Below, piece by piece: positions 8,559 to 21,100 of a DNA stretch of 64,000 bases; the first letter of the stretch is position 1; each line of letters starts with the position of its first letter. The DNA is from Acidobacteriota bacterium. Its GTDB lineage: Bacteria; Acidobacteriota; UBA4820; DSQY01. Below the pieces are notes generated by a model. It saw nothing but the letters and a program-made list of their open reading frames with translations. It had not been told where the DNA came from and ran no database searches. The position numbers and the translations under genes are program-made. The stretch covers positions 96,001 through 160,000 of the forward strand of contig JBMFSH010000001.1 of NCBI GenBank assembly GCA_049967655.1, in the 5' to 3' direction.

Positions 8559-9980
8559 GTGAATCGGAGCATTCATTTCGGGACCGACGGTTGGCGAGGC
8601 GTCATCGCGGAAGACTTCACCTTCGAGAACCTGCGGTTCGTGGCCCAGGCCGTGGCCGACTACCTGGACGAGAAGGCGGAGGACCGCCGAGTGGCCATCG
8701 GCTATGATTTCCGCTTCATGTCGGAGGATTTCGCCAAGGTGGTGGCGGAGGTTCTGATGGCCAACGGGGTCACCGTCTACCTTAGCCCCGAGGCGTGCCC
8801 CACGCCCCACGTCTCCTACTTCGTCCGCAAGAACGGCCTGCCCCTGGGCGTGGTCATCACCGCCAGCCACAACCCTTACCGCTACAACGGGCTCAAGCTC
8901 AAGGAGCGGTTCGGCGGCAGCGCCTCGCCGGAGACGACGCGGCAGATCGAGTCCATGCTGGGCATGAACCCGGTGCGCACGGCCTCCCTCCGCGAGGGCC
9001 GAACCTCGGGTCGGCTCATCGAGACCCCCTTGAACGAGGGCTACGATCGCTTCATCGAATCCCTCGTCGACATCCGGGCCATCCGCTCGGCCAGCCTCAA
9101 GGTGGTGGCCGACTCCATGAATGGCGTGGGCCAGAGGACGCTGGAGCGGTGGGTCTCCAGCGGGAGCTGCCGCGTGACCACGCTGAGGGCCGAGCGCGAT
9201 CCCCTCTTCGGCGGGAAGGCGCCCGAGCCGAAGGAGGAATACCTCGACCTGCTGAGGAACGCCGTGCTGGCCGAGCACGCCCAGGTCGGGCTGGCCACGG
9301 ACGGGGACGCCGACCGCTCGGGAGGCGTCCACGCCGACGGCAGCACCTTCACTCCCCTCGAAATGATCGCCTTGTTGGCCCTATTCCTCCTGGAGGACCG
9401 GAAGCAGACCGGTGTCATCGCGGCCACCAACGCGAACACCCTCTACCTCAAGCGGATCGCCGACTGGGCGGGGGTTCCTTACGCAAACAAGCCGGTGGGT
9501 TTCAAGTACATCGCAGAGCTCATGCAGAGCGAAAACCTCCTCATCGGCGGGGAGGAGAGCGGCGGCATGACCGTCCAGGGCTTTTTGCCCGAGCGCGACG
9601 GGGTCCTCATCAACCTGCTCCTGCTTGAAATGATGGTCAAGCGCGGCAAGGACTCGCTGGGCTTGGTCCGGGAGCTCCACGAGCGCTTCGGCGAGTTCCA
9701 CTTCCGGCGGCGGGACTTCCCCGTCGCTCCCGAAAAGGGAAGCCGCCAAGTGGGGCGGCTGGCCGAGCGCCCGCCCGCGGAGATTCTGGGGCGCAAGCTG
9801 GAGGGTGTGGACACCCTGGACGGCACCAAGCTCTTCCTCTCCGACGGCTCGTGGCTCCTCTTCAGGCAGTCGGGCACGGAGCCGATCCTGCGCGTCTACT
9901 GCGAAACGCCCTCGCGGAACGACCTGGATGAGCTGATCCAGGCGGGCATGCTGGCCCTGGGCGAAGCGGACCAGCGCTGA
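8559..9980 (+). CDS. Phosphoglucomutase/phosphomannomutase family protein
   Basis: FGTDGWRG, ITASHNP, DGDADR, GGEESGG, RQSGTEP. Confidence 0.93.
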   Translation: MNRSIHFGTDGWRGVIAEDFTFENLRFVAQAVADYLDEKAEDRRVAIGYDFRFMSEDFAKVVAEVLMANGVTVYLSPEACPTPHVSYFVRKNGLPLGVVITASHNPYRYNGLKLKERFGGSASPETTRQIESMLGMNPVRTASLREGRTSGRLIETPLNEGYDRFIESLVDIRAIRSASLKVVADSMNGVGQRTLERWVSSGSCRVTTLRAERDPLFGGKAPEPKEEYLDLLRNAVLAEHAQVGLATDGDADRSGGVHADGSTFTPLEMIALLALFLLEDRKQTGVIAATNANTLYLKRIADWAGVPYANKPVGFKYIAELMQSENLLIGGEESGGMTVQGFLPERDGVLINLLLLEMMVKRGKDSLGLVRELHERFGEFHFRRRDFPVAPEKGSRQVGRLAERPPAEILGRKLEGVDTLDGTKLFLSDGSWLLFRQSGTEPILRVYCETPSRNDLDELIQAGMLALGEADQR

Positions 9981-10023
9981 GCGTCCGCCTGGGCATCACC
10001 TTCCAAGAGGGGCGGAGCGAGCC

Positions 10024-11607
10024 ATGATCCGCCAGCGCGTCTCCGGCATCGAAGCTCCGCTGGGCAGGAGTTCCGAGGAATTCCTGCGAAAGGCCCTGGC
10101 GCGCGCTCTTCAGGTTCGCATCGAAGCGATCGGGGACCTGGCCGTCGTGCGCCGCTCCCTGGATGCGCGCAAGGGACGGCGCGAGCCGGTCTGGACCTTC
10201 GTTCTCGACGTCAGCCTCGCCGCGCGGCCGAGCCGGATTCCGAAGGGGGTGCGGTTGGGACCGGTTCCCGAGCGCAGGCCGCGCGTCGCCCCGAACGCCG
10301 TGCCTTTCAAGGGAATGAGCGTCGTGGTGGTGGGGACGGGCCCGGCGGGGCTCTTCGCGGCCCTCGCCCTGGCCGAGGGAGGGGCCTCTCTGACGGTGCT
10401 GGAACAGGGGCCCTGCCTTGAGGAGAGGGTCGTCGCCGTCCGGGACCTCTGGCGCTCGGGCGCCCTCAGCCCCGACGCCAACGTCCAGTTCGGGGAGGGG
10501 GGGGCCGGCACCTTCTCGGACGGCAAGCTCACCACCCGCATCAAGGATCCGCTTGCGCGGGAGGTGCTGGAGCTCTTCGTGGAGGCCGGCGCCCCGGAGG
10601 CGATCCTGGAGACGGCGCACCCGCACCTCGGGACGGACGGCGTGCGCGCCGTGGTGCGCCGTCTGCGCGAGAGGATCGAGGGACTCGGCGCGCGCTTCAT
10701 TTTCAAGGAGGCCCTGACCGGGATTCGGCGCTCCGCGCGTGGATGGCTGATTGAGACCGCCTCGGGGCAGCTCCTGGAGGCGCCCCTGGCCTTCCTGGCC
10801 GTGGGCCACTCGGCGCGGCCCCTCTTCCGGAGGCTGCTGGCCCTAGGCGTGCCGTTCCGGCCCAAGGGCTTCGCCGTGGGGGTCCGCGTGGAGCACCCGC
10901 AGGAGTGGGTGGATGCCCGCCAGTACGGAGCGGCCGCGGGGCACCCCGATCTTCCCGCGGCCGAGTACTTCCTGACCTACAAGGACCGCCCCACGGGCCG
11001 GGGCGTCTACTCCTTCTGCATGTGTCCCGGAGGCGTAATCGTCAACTCGGCCTCCGAGCCTGAGCGGCTCGTGACGAACGGCATGAGCATGTCCCACCGG
11101 GCCTCCCGCAGGGCCAACGCGGGAATCGTTGTGACGGTGGACCCCGAGGACTTCGGCGGCGAGCCGGAGGGGGGCCTCGCCTTTCAGGAGGGTCTTGAAA
11201 TGAAGGGCTACGAGTGGGGCGGCGGCGGATACTTCGCGCCCGCCCAGAGCCTGAAGGGCTTCCTGGAAGGACGCCCAGACGAGACCCAGCCCCGCACCAC
11301 CTTCAGGCCGGGAACGCGGCCGGTGGACCTGCGGGGATTCTTCCCCCCGTGGGTGGAGGAGCCGCTGCTGCGCGCCTTCCGGCATTTCGACGAGAAGATG
11401 CCCGGCTTCATCGAGAGGGGAGTGCTCCTCGCCCCCGAGACGCGCACCTCGGGGCCGCTCCAGCTGTGCCGCGCGGTGGACGGATCGGCCGAAGGCTTTC
11501 CCGGCCTCTACCTGGCGGGCGAGGGGGCCGGCTGGTCGGGCGGCATCGTCTCCTCCGCCGTGGACGCCCTCCGGTGCGTGGAGTCCTTGGCCCGTTCGAC
11601 CGCCTGA
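10024..11607 (+). CDS. Uncharacterised FAD-dependent oxidoreductase
   Basis: [51 protein letters not shown]. Confidence 0.87.
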   Translation: MIRQRVSGIEAPLGRSSEEFLRKALARALQVRIEAIGDLAVVRRSLDARKGRREPVWTFVLDVSLAARPSRIPKGVRLGPVPERRPRVAPNAVPFKGMSVVVVGTGPAGLFAALALAEGGASLTVLEQGPCLEERVVAVRDLWRSGALSPDANVQFGEGGAGTFSDGKLTTRIKDPLAREVLELFVEAGAPEAILETAHPHLGTDGVRAVVRRLRERIEGLGARFIFKEALTGIRRSARGWLIETASGQLLEAPLAFLAVGHSARPLFRRLLALGVPFRPKGFAVGVRVEHPQEWVDARQYGAAAGHPDLPAAEYFLTYKDRPTGRGVYSFCMCPGGVIVNSASEPERLVTNGMSMSHRASRRANAGIVVTVDPEDFGGEPEGGLAFQEGLEMKGYEWGGGGYFAPAQSLKGFLEGRPDETQPRTTFRPGTRPVDLRGFFPPWVEEPLLRAFRHFDEKMPGFIERGVLLAPETRTSGPLQLCRAVDGSAEGFPGLYLAGEGAGWSGGIVSSAVDALRCVESLARSTA

Positions 11608-11689
11608 CGCCCTCGACCTCGCCGGAATAACGGAAATGAGCGTCCCGTTGCAGGAACCTTGGTCTCACCGTGGGAGGAGAAGGTCGCCC

Positions 11690-13792
<2,103 letters not shown>

Positions 13793-13822
13793 AGGGACCG
13801 TCACGCCCCAGCCCCTTCCCCG

Positions 13823-14605
13823 TTACCGGGCGGCGGCGGGCGGAACCTGCGGGGCGGCAGGGGCGGTGGAGGTGGGCGGCGCCGCGGCGGGCGGCGCCTC
13901 GTGGGCCGGATCGGTGGGAGACGGGACGGCCCTCTGCCCCGGAGCGGCGGGAGGAGCCGCATCCCCGCCTTCCGTGGGTGGGCTCTCCGGGGCGGCGCCC
14001 TCCGGGCCCTGGTCGGGCGCGGCCTCCTGCACGGGTGGCGCTGGAGGGGCGGGCAGGAAACTGCCGCGCAAGACGAGGGGTGCGGGGAAGTGTGGGCTGC
14101 CCGGCCGGGGTGGCGGCTGGCAGGACAGGGCGAAGCCGTCGGGCTTGCTGGTGACCGAAAGGGGACCGCCGAATCCGTCCGTCACGGGGCAGTCGTGGAC
14201 GTAATTGGGTTCCAGCAGGGCCTTGGCCGCCGCGATGCCCTTCAGGTCCGGGTAGGCCCCCTGCTCCTGCCGGTAGCGCTCCAGGGCCTGGCTCACCTCG
14301 GCCATTCGGAGGGTGCTGACTTCCACGCGCTGTTCGTACTGCTGTCGAACCTTCCAATGAAGGAAAAGGGCCGACTCACCGATGAACAGGATGGCCCCCA
14401 GGCCGCAGAGGGCCACTCCGGCCCAGATCTTCGGGCGTCCTGCGTAGCGCTCGGGCGATCGGGCGCTGAGGGCGCCCGCGAGGAGGGCCGCCGCCACTCC
14501 CAGAACCACCCAGAGGGGAGCCAGTGGGGGAAGGAGGCTCAGGACTCCCAGGGTGAGGGCGGCGTTGGCGAAAAGGTGGGAGGGGGTACCGGGATCACGC
14601 TTCAT
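13823..14605 (-). CDS. Membrane protein (DUF4190-like helices) with pseudopilin-like domain and Pro/Ala-rich tail
   Basis: N-terminal TM helices, then ALERYRQEQGAYP...TDGFGGPL reminiscent of the GspG head; Pro-rich C-terminus. Confidence 0.6.
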   Translation of the reverse strand: MKRDPGTPSHLFANAALTLGVLSLLPPLAPLWVVLGVAAALLAGALSARSPERYAGRPKIWAGVALCGLGAILFIGESALFLHWKVRQQYEQRVEVSTLRMAEVSQALERYRQEQGAYPDLKGIAAAKALLEPNYVHDCPVTDGFGGPLSVTSKPDGFALSCQPPPRPGSPHFPAPLVLRGSFLPAPPAPPVQEAAPDQGPEGAAPESPPTEGGDAAPPAAPGQRAVPSPTDPAHEAPPAAAPPTSTAPAAPQVPPAAAR

Positions 14606-14681
14606 GGAGCGGCCAGACTCCTTCTTCGCCGTTCGGCCTGGTTCATGGTACCGCAGGTCCCCGGTTCCCGCCAGGTGTGCC

Positions 14682-15587
14682 TCAGCCGATCTCGGAGGTG
14701 GCGTCGCTCGGGAAGACCAGCGTGAGGGCCCTGGGTCGGAGGGTCACCTCGACGGGTGTTCTCGCCAGATCATCGCCGTCGGCCTCGATCGGTACGGGGG
14801 AATCGGAGGCGATCCGCAGGGCCGCCGCGTTGAAGGCCCACACGCCCCGGCCCCGGTCCAGGCCGCCGTGCAGCAGTCTGGGAAGCAGGGCCGGCAGATG
14901 GCGCTGGAGGGGCGGTTCGAGGCCCACGACCCTGAAGGTCGGCACCGTCAGGCCGGAGCTCCGCGACACGCTCAGGAAGCCGGCGCCGTAACGTTTGGCG
15001 TGGAGAATGAAGAGCTGGCAGGCCTCCCCCCGCCGTCCGTCATCCATCTCCACCTGGAGGTCGGGAAGACCCCCCGAGACCAGGTGCAGAAGCGCGCCGT
15101 AGACGTAGGCCCACGCACCGGTCTGGCGTTTCATGGCGAGGTCCACGGAGGCCACGGCGAGGGAGTCCAGCCCGGCGGAGGCGCAGAATGTGAAGATGTG
15201 CTTCTCTCCCACCACCCCGAGACCCACCTCGCGCGCGGTCCCTGAGGCGGCTATGCCGGCGCAGTCCACGAGCCTGTGCAGGGGAAGACGCATCTCCCGG
15301 GCCAGGACGTTGGCCGTGCCCAGCGGGATGACGGCCAGCTCCACGCCGCTCCCCGCCAGTCCCTGGGCAGCCTCGCGGACGCTGCCGTCGCCCCCGCAGA
15401 TCACCACCCGCTGAAAGCCCTCCCGCACTGCCTCGGCCGCGCACAGGGTCAGATCGCCCGCGGCTCGGGAGGCCATCTCCTCCACGGAGAACCCGCGGAG
15501 GGCGAATTCGGCGGCTATGTGAGAGCGCAGGGAGGGATCGGGCGCCGCGCGTGCGGCGGGGTTGTAGAGCAGCATGGCCCTCGCCAC
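14682..15587 (-). CDS. Diacylglycerol kinase family lipid kinase (YegS/DgkB-like)
   Basis: YNPAA, CGGDGS, PLGTANVLA, AGLDS, EADGD; start may be ATG 15575. Confidence 0.87.
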   Translation of the reverse strand: MARAMLLYNPAARAAPDPSLRSHIAAEFALRGFSVEEMASRAAGDLTLCAAEAVREGFQRVVICGGDGSVREAAQGLAGSGVELAVIPLGTANVLAREMRLPLHRLVDCAGIAASGTAREVGLGVVGEKHIFTFCASAGLDSLAVASVDLAMKRQTGAWAYVYGALLHLVSGGLPDLQVEMDDGRRGEACQLFILHAKRYGAGFLSVSRSSGLTVPTFRVVGLEPPLQRHLPALLPRLLHGGLDRGRGVWAFNAAALRIASDSPVPIEADGDDLARTPVEVTLRPRALTLVFPSDATSEIG

Positions 15588-15631
15588 TGAAATGTTCCCT
15601 CCCTACCGGGGGTTGCACAGACGGCTCGCCC

Positions 15632-17779
15632 CTACCGGTTGCTCCTCCGGATGGCCAGGATGCCCTGGATCTGGCTGATGCGGCTGATGATCTGGTTGAG
15701 GTGGCTCTTGTCCTTGATGAGCAGGGAGAGGCGCACCAGTCCTTCGCCCTTGTCCGTGACCGTCCCATCGATGTGGCGGATGGGCGCCTTCGAATCGGCC
15801 ACCACCTGCGTGATGGCGGCCACGATGCCCGCCTTGTCCTCGGTCTGGATGGTGACGTGGACTTCGTGGCCCGGGGAGCCCGCCTCCTTCCCGTCCCAGT
15901 GCACCTCCATGATGCGGTCGGGGTTGTAGGCGTGGCGGGTGATGTTGGGGCAGTCGGCACGGTGCACCACCAGGCCTCGTCCCCGCGAAATGAATCCCAC
16001 TACCTCGTCCCCGCGGATGGGGTTGCAGCATCGGGCCAGGGTTGTGAGGAGGTCCGAGGCGCCGCGAACCACGAGCGCCGGCTGGCGAGGATCCGGCGCG
16101 GCCACCTTGGCCGGAACGGCGGGCGGCTCCTCGCCTCGCTGCACCAGTTTTCGGGCGAAGACCTTGGCTGACAGCTTGCCGTAGCCGATCTCGGCGTGAA
16201 GTGAGTCGAGATCGGGGAGGGAGGCCTTCTTGAGCGCCTCGGTGAGCAGCCCGGAGTCCTGGGCCTCCTTCAGGGTGGTCTTCAGCCGCTTCACCTCGCG
16301 GTCCAGGAGGGCCTTCCCCAGCTCCACGGCCCTCGCCTTCTCCTGCACATTCAGCCAGGCCTTGATCTTGCTGAGCGCCCGCCCCGTCACGGCCGCCTTG
16401 AGCCAGTCCCGAGAAGGCCGCCCGGAGGGACTGGTGATGATCTCCACCACGTCTCCGCTCTTCATCGGCGTCTTCAGCGGCACCAGCTTGTTGTTGAGCT
16501 TGGCGCCCACGCAGCGGTGGCCCACCTCGGTGTGGATGGAGTAGGCGAAATCGATGGGAGTGGCCCCGCGCGGGAAGGAGAGCACCTGTCCCTTGGGAGT
16601 GAAGACGTAGACCTCCTTCGGGTAGAGGTCCACCTTGAGGTTCTGGATGAACTCCGTATCCCCCTGGCCCTCCTGCTTCCACTCCAGGAGCTGGCGCAGC
16701 CACTGGGTGGTGTCGCTCTGGTCCTTCTGGGAGAGCCGCCCCTCCTTGTACTGCCAGTGGGCGGCGAGGCCGTTCTCCGCCTCCTCGTGCATGCGCTCGG
16801 TCCGAATCTGGATCTCGAAGGGATGGCCGCTGGGACCGATGACGGAGGTGTGAAGAGAGCGGTAGTGGTTCTCCTTGGGGATGGCGATGAAGTCCTTGAA
16901 CCGGCCTGGAATGGGCTTCCAGAGGCTGTGGACCACGCCGAGCACGGCGTAGCAGTCTTTCACCGAACCCACCAGGATGCGGAAGGCCATGTAGTCGTAG
17001 ACGTGCTCCACGCCGATGCCCTGATGCTTCAACTTCTGCCAGATGCTGTACAGGTGTTTCACGCGGCCGTGCACCCTGCCCTCGACCGAGATGCCGCTCA
17101 GGGCCTTCCGAATTTCGGCCTGGGTCTCCTCGATGAAGTTGTCGCTGTAGGCGCGCTTCTCCTGGAGCGCCTGCGCCAGGCGGGTGTACTCCTCGGGATA
17201 GGCGTACCGGAATCCCAGGTCCTCCAGCTCGGTCTTGATCTTTCCCATGCCGAGCCGGTAGGCGATGGGGGCGTAGATCTGGAGGGTCTCCAGCGCCTTG
17301 GCGGGCCGCCGGTGTTCGGGAAGGGCCTGCATGGTCCGGAGGTTGTGAAGGCGGTCCGCGAGCTTCACGAGGATCACCCGAATGTCGTCCACCATGGCGA
17401 GGACCACCTTCCGGAGCGTGGCCCACTCGCGCTCCTCACGGCTCTGAAGGGGGACCTTCTCCTCGATCTTGGTCACCCCGTCTACGATGTGGCTCACCTC
17501 CGGCCCGAAGCGGCGCTGGATCTCCTGAAGGCTCACGGAGAGGTTATCCTCCACCACGTCGTGCAGAAGCCCCGAGACGATGGCGATGTCGTCCGCCTTC
17601 AGATCGGCCAGGATGTCGCAGACGGCCACGGGGTGAACCAGGTAGGGCTCCCCCGAAACCCTCGTCTGGCCCTCGTGCGCATAGGCGGAAAAGAGGTAGG
17701 CCCGCTGCAGCAGCCGCGAGTCCGAGCTCGGATTGTACAGCTTGACCTTTTCGATGACGTGATCTATGCGCGGCAGCAT
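15632..17779 (-). CDS. rel: Long RelA/SpoT homologue, (p)ppGpp synthetase/hydrolase
   Basis: HEGQTR-SGEPY, LLHDVVED hydrolase motif, KLADRLHN, YRSLHT, EIQIRT, TGS (DFAYSIHTEVG), ARCCNP, C-terminal ACT; start set at MLPRID. Confidence 0.95.
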   Translation of the reverse strand: MLPRIDHVIEKVKLYNPSSDSRLLQRAYLFSAYAHEGQTRVSGEPYLVHPVAVCDILADLKADDIAIVSGLLHDVVEDNLSVSLQEIQRRFGPEVSHIVDGVTKIEEKVPLQSREEREWATLRKVVLAMVDDIRVILVKLADRLHNLRTMQALPEHRRPAKALETLQIYAPIAYRLGMGKIKTELEDLGFRYAYPEEYTRLAQALQEKRAYSDNFIEETQAEIRKALSGISVEGRVHGRVKHLYSIWQKLKHQGIGVEHVYDYMAFRILVGSVKDCYAVLGVVHSLWKPIPGRFKDFIAIPKENHYRSLHTSVIGPSGHPFEIQIRTERMHEEAENGLAAHWQYKEGRLSQKDQSDTTQWLRQLLEWKQEGQGDTEFIQNLKVDLYPKEVYVFTPKGQVLSFPRGATPIDFAYSIHTEVGHRCVGAKLNNKLVPLKTPMKSGDVVEIITSPSGRPSRDWLKAAVTGRALSKIKAWLNVQEKARAVELGKALLDREVKRLKTTLKEAQDSGLLTEALKKASLPDLDSLHAEIGYGKLSAKVFARKLVQRGEEPPAVPAKVAAPDPRQPALVVRGASDLLTTLARCCNPIRGDEVVGFISRGRGLVVHRADCPNITRHAYNPDRIMEVHWDGKEAGSPGHEVHVTIQTEDKAGIVAAITQVVADSKAPIRHIDGTVTDKGEGLVRLSLLIKDKSHLNQIISRISQIQGILAIRRSNR

Positions 17780-17843
17780 GCTCTTCCACTTCCTTCCGTC
17801 TCGCAAAGAGGGCCGGATGGCCGCTCCCCAGCCCAATCTAGTA

Positions 17844-17872
17844 AAGTTAAGGTACGGAAGAGTCTGGTGCAA
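17844..17872 (-). promoter_or_regulatory. Sigma-70-type promoter of rel
   Basis: Minus strand TTGCAC-17 bp-TAACTT, about 65 bp upstream of ATG 17779. Confidence 0.5.
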
Positions 17873-17889
17873 CAGCGCGGCAGGGAGGT

Positions 17890-17964
17890 GGGACAAGGGA
17901 CAGGGGACAGGGGGGAGGAGGGGAGCACTGCCGGCCGGCCCTTTTCGACATCACCTCATCACCT
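17890..17964. repeat. Short tandem repeats in the divergent intergenic region
   Basis: GGGACAA-GGGACAG-GGGACAG (17890-17910) and CATCACCT x2 (17949-17964). Confidence 0.55.
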
Positions 17965-18074
17965 CCTCCCGAAATCTCGACGCGAGGAGTTCAGCGGAGC
18001 GGCCGGAGAGAGCGGGGTCTCCCTCTTGGGATGGGGAGCGAGCGGCCGCGAGCGGCCTTTCATGCGGCCTTTCA

Positions 18075-18104
18075 TTGACATGGTTCCGGCAAGGCCCTTA
18101 TGAT
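18075..18104 (+). promoter_or_regulatory. Sigma-70-type promoter of the MCP-SBP gene
   Basis: TTGACA-18 bp-TATGAT; implies the start is ATG 18136 (GGAGG RBS). Confidence 0.65.
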
Positions 18105-18135
18105 GAGCGAGATCACGGAAGGAGGGGCAGAGCCC

Positions 18136-21100
18136 ATGCAGGCATGGCTGAGAGCGGTGCTGGTCGGCGCGGTGGCGATGGCGTTGCTGGCGGTGCTGGG
18201 TGTCCTGATGTTGCCCACCTCCACCTTCACCGGCCGCTTCTGGCTGTACCTGCTGATCTGCGGCGCCCTGGCCGGCGGGGCGGCGGCCCTCTCCCGCCGG
18301 GAGGCCGCGGCGGACCAATCCCCTCTGGACCAGATGCTCCGCAGCCTGGCCTCCGGCAACCTGGCCATCGGGGTCGACGCGCTCTCCCGGGAGGTCACGG
18401 AGGCACACCCCGGCTTCCTGCGGGTGCTCCGCTCCTTCCAGAACATCATCAGCTATCTCCAGGATACGGCGGAGAGCGTCTCCACCGCCTCCAGCCGGAT
18501 CACCGACAAGACCCGCAGCTTCTTCCGGGAAGCCAAGGATCAGGCCGAGTCCGTGACCCAGGTCCGGAACTCCATTGCCGAACTCGAAAACGAGATCGAG
18601 AAGGTGGTGGAGGGGGTGGACATCCTCTCCGGTTTCACGGACAAAACCAGTAGCTCCATCCTGGAGATGCGTGCCTCCATCGAGGAGGTGCTGGGCGCTA
18701 CGCGGAACCTGTCGGACTTCGTGGACGAGATCAGCGCGTCGATCGAGGAGATGGTGCGCTCCGTCGAGGAGGTGGCCGGCCACGCCGAGAGCCTCTCCTC
18801 CTTCGCCGTCCAGAACTCCTCCGCCATGGTGCAGATGGACGCCACGATCGGGCAGATCGAGGCCAACATCCAGGAGGCGGAGGTCATGTCCAACCAGGTG
18901 TCGACCGCCGCCCAGGGCGGGGTGACCGTGGTGAAGGAGACGGTCAACGGACTGGAGAAGATCCAGGCCGCCATGAACGCGAACATGGCCTCCATGGAGT
19001 CCCTCAGCCAGAGATCCAAGGAGATCGGCAAGATCCTGAAGGTGATCCGCGATATCGCCGACCAGACCAACCTCCTGGCCCTCAACGCCGCCATCATAGC
19101 GGCGCAGGCGGGCGAGCACGGCAAGAGCTTCGGCGTGGTCGCCGAGGAGATCCGGGATCTGGCGGAGCGCACCTCCGCCTCCACCTCCGAAGTGGGCACC
19201 ATCATCCTGACGATCCAGAAGGAGGTGGAGCAGGCCGGCCGGGTGGCCCGGGAGGGCACGCAGCGGGTCGAGGAGGGGGTCCGGCTGGGGCGCGCCTCCG
19301 AGGACAACTTGAAGAGCATCCGCGAGTTTATCGAGACGGCCGGCACCAGCATCAGCCACATCGCCCGGGCGACCTCGGAGCAGGCCAAGGGGAGCCGCCA
19401 GGTGACCACGGCCATCGAGGAGATGACGGGCAGGATCGAGCAGATCTCCCTGGCCACCCGCGAACAGGCCAAGACCTCCAAGCTCATCAGCCAGAAGAGC
19501 CTGGTCATGAAGGAGCTGACCAAGAGCGTGGACCGGGCCATGCAGGAGGAGGCGCTGGGCAGCCGCGCCATTGCCGACGGAATGGACCAGGTCCGGAGCT
19601 CCGTGGAAAAGGCGCAGAAGGCCCTTTTGCGCATGTCCCAGGCCGGCCAGCAGATCGTCAAGGCCGTCGATACCGTGGCGGCGGTGTCCCAACAGAACCT
19701 CGCCGGGGCGAGGGATCTCTCCTCGACCGCGGGAACCCTTCGCCAGGACAGCATCCTGATGGTGGAACAGCTGTCGGGATTTAGGCTGCCCAAGCCCGTT
19801 CCGGGCGGCGAGATCCGCGTGGGTTACGTTCGCTACGAGTTCAACATGGACCACGCCTTCGCCGACAACGTCCGCGATTCGGCCCTGGTGGAGAACTTCA
19901 ACGAGGGCCTCGTGAAGTTCGGCTACGGCACCAAGCTCCTGCCCGCCGTGGCCGAGAGCTGGGACGTGAGCATGGACGGCTTGGTGTACCTGTTCCACCT
20001 GCGCCCCGGGGCGCTGTTTCACAACGGCCGGGCGGTGACCGCCGAGGACGTGGTCTTCTCGTGGCACCGGGCGCTGGACCCCAAGCTGGGCAAGGAGGGG
20101 CAGTGGTTCCTGTCGGCGGTGGTGGGCTCCGAGGAGTTCATGGCGGGAAAGGCCCGGCGGATAGAGGGAATCAGGGCGTTGGACAGCCGGTCGGTGGAGG
20201 TCCGACTCCGGGAGCCCCTCGCCTTCTTCCTCTACATGCTAACCGCCCCGGAGGCGAGCATCATCCCCCGCGAGGCCATGGACGAAAGAACCCTCCGGAT
20301 CACAAAGCCTATCGGTTGCGGGCCTTTCCGCGTGGTGAGCGCGGAGCCGGGCCGGGTCCAATTCGAACGCTTCAAGGGCTATTACGAACCCGGTCTGCCC
20401 TACATCGACCGGCTCGTGTTCGACTACTCCTCATCCTCCGAAAGCGAGCTGTTGGGGCGACTGAAATCGGGGGCGTCGCAAATAGTCATGGCCCTCTCCT
20501 CCGAAAGCCTGGAGGGCCTGCTGGCGGATCCCTTCTGGCAAAACAACACGGAGCAAACCATCCTCCTCAACACCCAGATCCACGTCATCCGCAACGACCT
20601 GGCGCCGGGGAACATCAAGGAGTTCAGGCAGGCCCTCAACTACGCCGTGGACAGGAACGGCCTCCTGGCCCGCTACCCCCACGTGCGGGCCACACCGGCC
20701 AAGGGGATCTTCCCTCCCGGCATCCTCGGCTACAAGGCGGACCGCAAGGGCTACTACCACGACCCGGACAAGGCCCGGTGGCTGCTGGCCAAGGCGGGCT
20801 TTGCCCAAGGCCTCGATTTGACCATTGCCATGGACAAGAGCCGTGCCACGCAATTCCAGGAGGCCCTCCTGATCTTTGACATGTACCGAGCGGTGGGCGT
20901 GCGCATCACGGTGGACCCGGTGAGCCACGAGGAGTTCGAGGCGCGCCGCAGAGCCGCGGGAGGCCGGCCCCTCATCTACCCGTCGGGGTGGTACGCGGAC
21001 TACCCGGACCCAGACAGCTTCCTCTTCGTGCTTTTCCACCGGCTGGGGGGCGACGCCCTCCAGACCCGATACCACAACCCCCTCCTCGATGACCTCATCG

